The position numbers and the translations under genes are program-made. Under the pieces are notes generated by a model. The model saw only the letters and a list, made by a program, of their open reading frames with translations, was not told the DNA's origin and did not search any database. Shown here piece by piece: positions 63,201 through 64,000 of a DNA stretch of 64,000 nucleotides (its first letter is position 1; every line of letters begins with the position of its first letter). Where the stretch lies: the NCBI GenBank assembly GCA_905178155.1, contig CAJINV010000004.1, positions 9,586,625-9,650,624 of the forward strand, written 5' to 3'. The stretch is from Amoebophrya sp. A120 (lineage: Eukaryota; Protista; Dinoflagellata).

Positions 63201-64000
63201 AAATAATGTAACAGTTGAGAATGTGACGTTTGAGAACTCCATACCTGGAATCTGGGGCAGATGTGCCGTTCCGTGATGCAGAACGTGTTTATCGTGGGTT
63301 TTTACAGCTACCAGGGGGAGGTCCGCGCGGCGACGGAGTGGGGGCGGCCCGGGAAGGTCATGCAATTGCGCCCGGCGTACGGGAACAGCCTGGAAGCGCA
63401 GCTGCATAACCTGTTTCCGAAGAGAAAAGCCTTTGTGAAGTTCGACACAAGCGCGAAGGACTGGTACAAAGCCCCGCCGACTTTCCAACTGCCGTGCGAC
63501 TACGAGTTGGTCTACCCAGAAGTCCACTGCACGGAAAATGCGGACTACAAGAGTCGGAGAATATCTTTAACATCCTCTTCAACATCGTCGAATAAAACCG
63601 CATCGGGTTTATTTTCCTTCTCCGCGACCGAGCGGGTGGTGGATCGACGGATGGACAGCTGCAGGTTACAAGCCGACTTCAAGAACGGCAATATTAACAA
63701 GCTCTGCTACGTCGACGAGTACACCGGGGGGCGAAACATTTCCGTCCACAGTCTACTATGCTGTGCAAAAGTATCGTACTAGTAGAATTTGCATGACAAG
63801 TTCGCTCAGCATGACAAATCGAGTTTGTCATGCTGACTTACCTTGGGATTGAGGTTTGTGATGCACGACTGCCATTACTACGAGTACGATACTTTTGCAG
63901 AGGATATCTACCGACCGAGGTGTTCCGGCGGCTGCGCGCAGACCCGCTGAATTGGTTCAACACGACGCCGATACTGCAGCGCTGGGTGGGCGTGCAGTAC
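60291..64000 (+). CDS. Erythromycin esterase (EreA/EreB-like) family protein, truncated by window end
   Basis: After removing 6 introners: LLGECTHGTEEFYRLR, VEADWP, FPDWMWRN, FGMD, SWNARDQHM, IVVWAH|NSHVGDA, W|NLGQM, QRWVGVQY. Confidence 0.9.
60768..60979. mobile_element. Introner family G
   Basis: TIR TATCCAAGAAAAAA / TTTTTTCTTGGACA; degenerate DR ACCAA/GCCAG. Confidence 0.8.
61039..61187. mobile_element. Introner family B
   Basis: TIRs; DR ACGCG. Confidence 0.9.
61474..61711. mobile_element. Introner family D
   Basis: TIRs; DR GATTT. Confidence 0.9.
61947..62929. mobile_element. Introner family A carrying a nested insertion
   Basis: TIRs; DR CCACA; splits the conserved WAH|NSH motif. 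Confidence 0.9.
62018..62747. mobile_element. 730-bp GC-rich insertion nested in an introner; no TSD
   Basis: Splits a family-A element that is otherwise collinear with 2974-3225, between CTCTGTAATA and CACAGGC. Confidence 0.8.
63003..63243. mobile_element. Introner family D
   Basis: TIRs; DR CCTGG. Confidence 0.9.
63757..63906. mobile_element. Introner family B
   Basis: TIRs; DR TCTAC. Confidence 0.9.

Noticed and set aside
2965-63782. Recurring short ORF peptides ([26 protein letters not shown]) suggesting a protein family
   Set aside because: They are translations of introner TIRs in various frames.
1-64000. Dinoflagellate spliced-leader relics, tRNA or rRNA genes, autonomous introner transposase
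   Set aside because: No convincing match by eye; absence is not proven without a search.

Overview
Eukaryotic genomic DNA. About 11 host genes all lie on the + strand and are densely interrupted by 120-320 bp non-canonical introns. Each intron has TAT...ATA-type terminal inverted repeats (TIRs) and a 5-bp direct repeat (DR). I traced 54 such elements in about 9 TIR families, against only 4 GT-AG introns. Removing an element plus one DR copy restores the reading frame in every coding case I traced. This architecture matches the introner elements described in the parasitic dinoflagellate Amoebophrya (TAT-N7-AAA type); the taxon is inferred, not proven. Recognisable products after manual splicing: RFC small subunit (RFC4-like), erythromycin-esterase family protein, SGNH/GDSL hydrolase, F-box protein, J-domain protein and several orphans, one with 28 introns. 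The window also holds a young, full-length Ty1/copia LTR retrotransposon (9070-16517). It has TG...TA ends, a 2A/StopGo-like motif (DVEKNPGP) between protease and integrase, a SAP-like domain and a hairpin-rich 3' UTR. Most notable: the 2A motif in an LTR element; orientation-independent introners sharing one internal motif across unrelated families; and a TSD-less, Helentron-like insertion nested in an introner. Coordinates were read by hand and may be off by a few bases. No searches were run.
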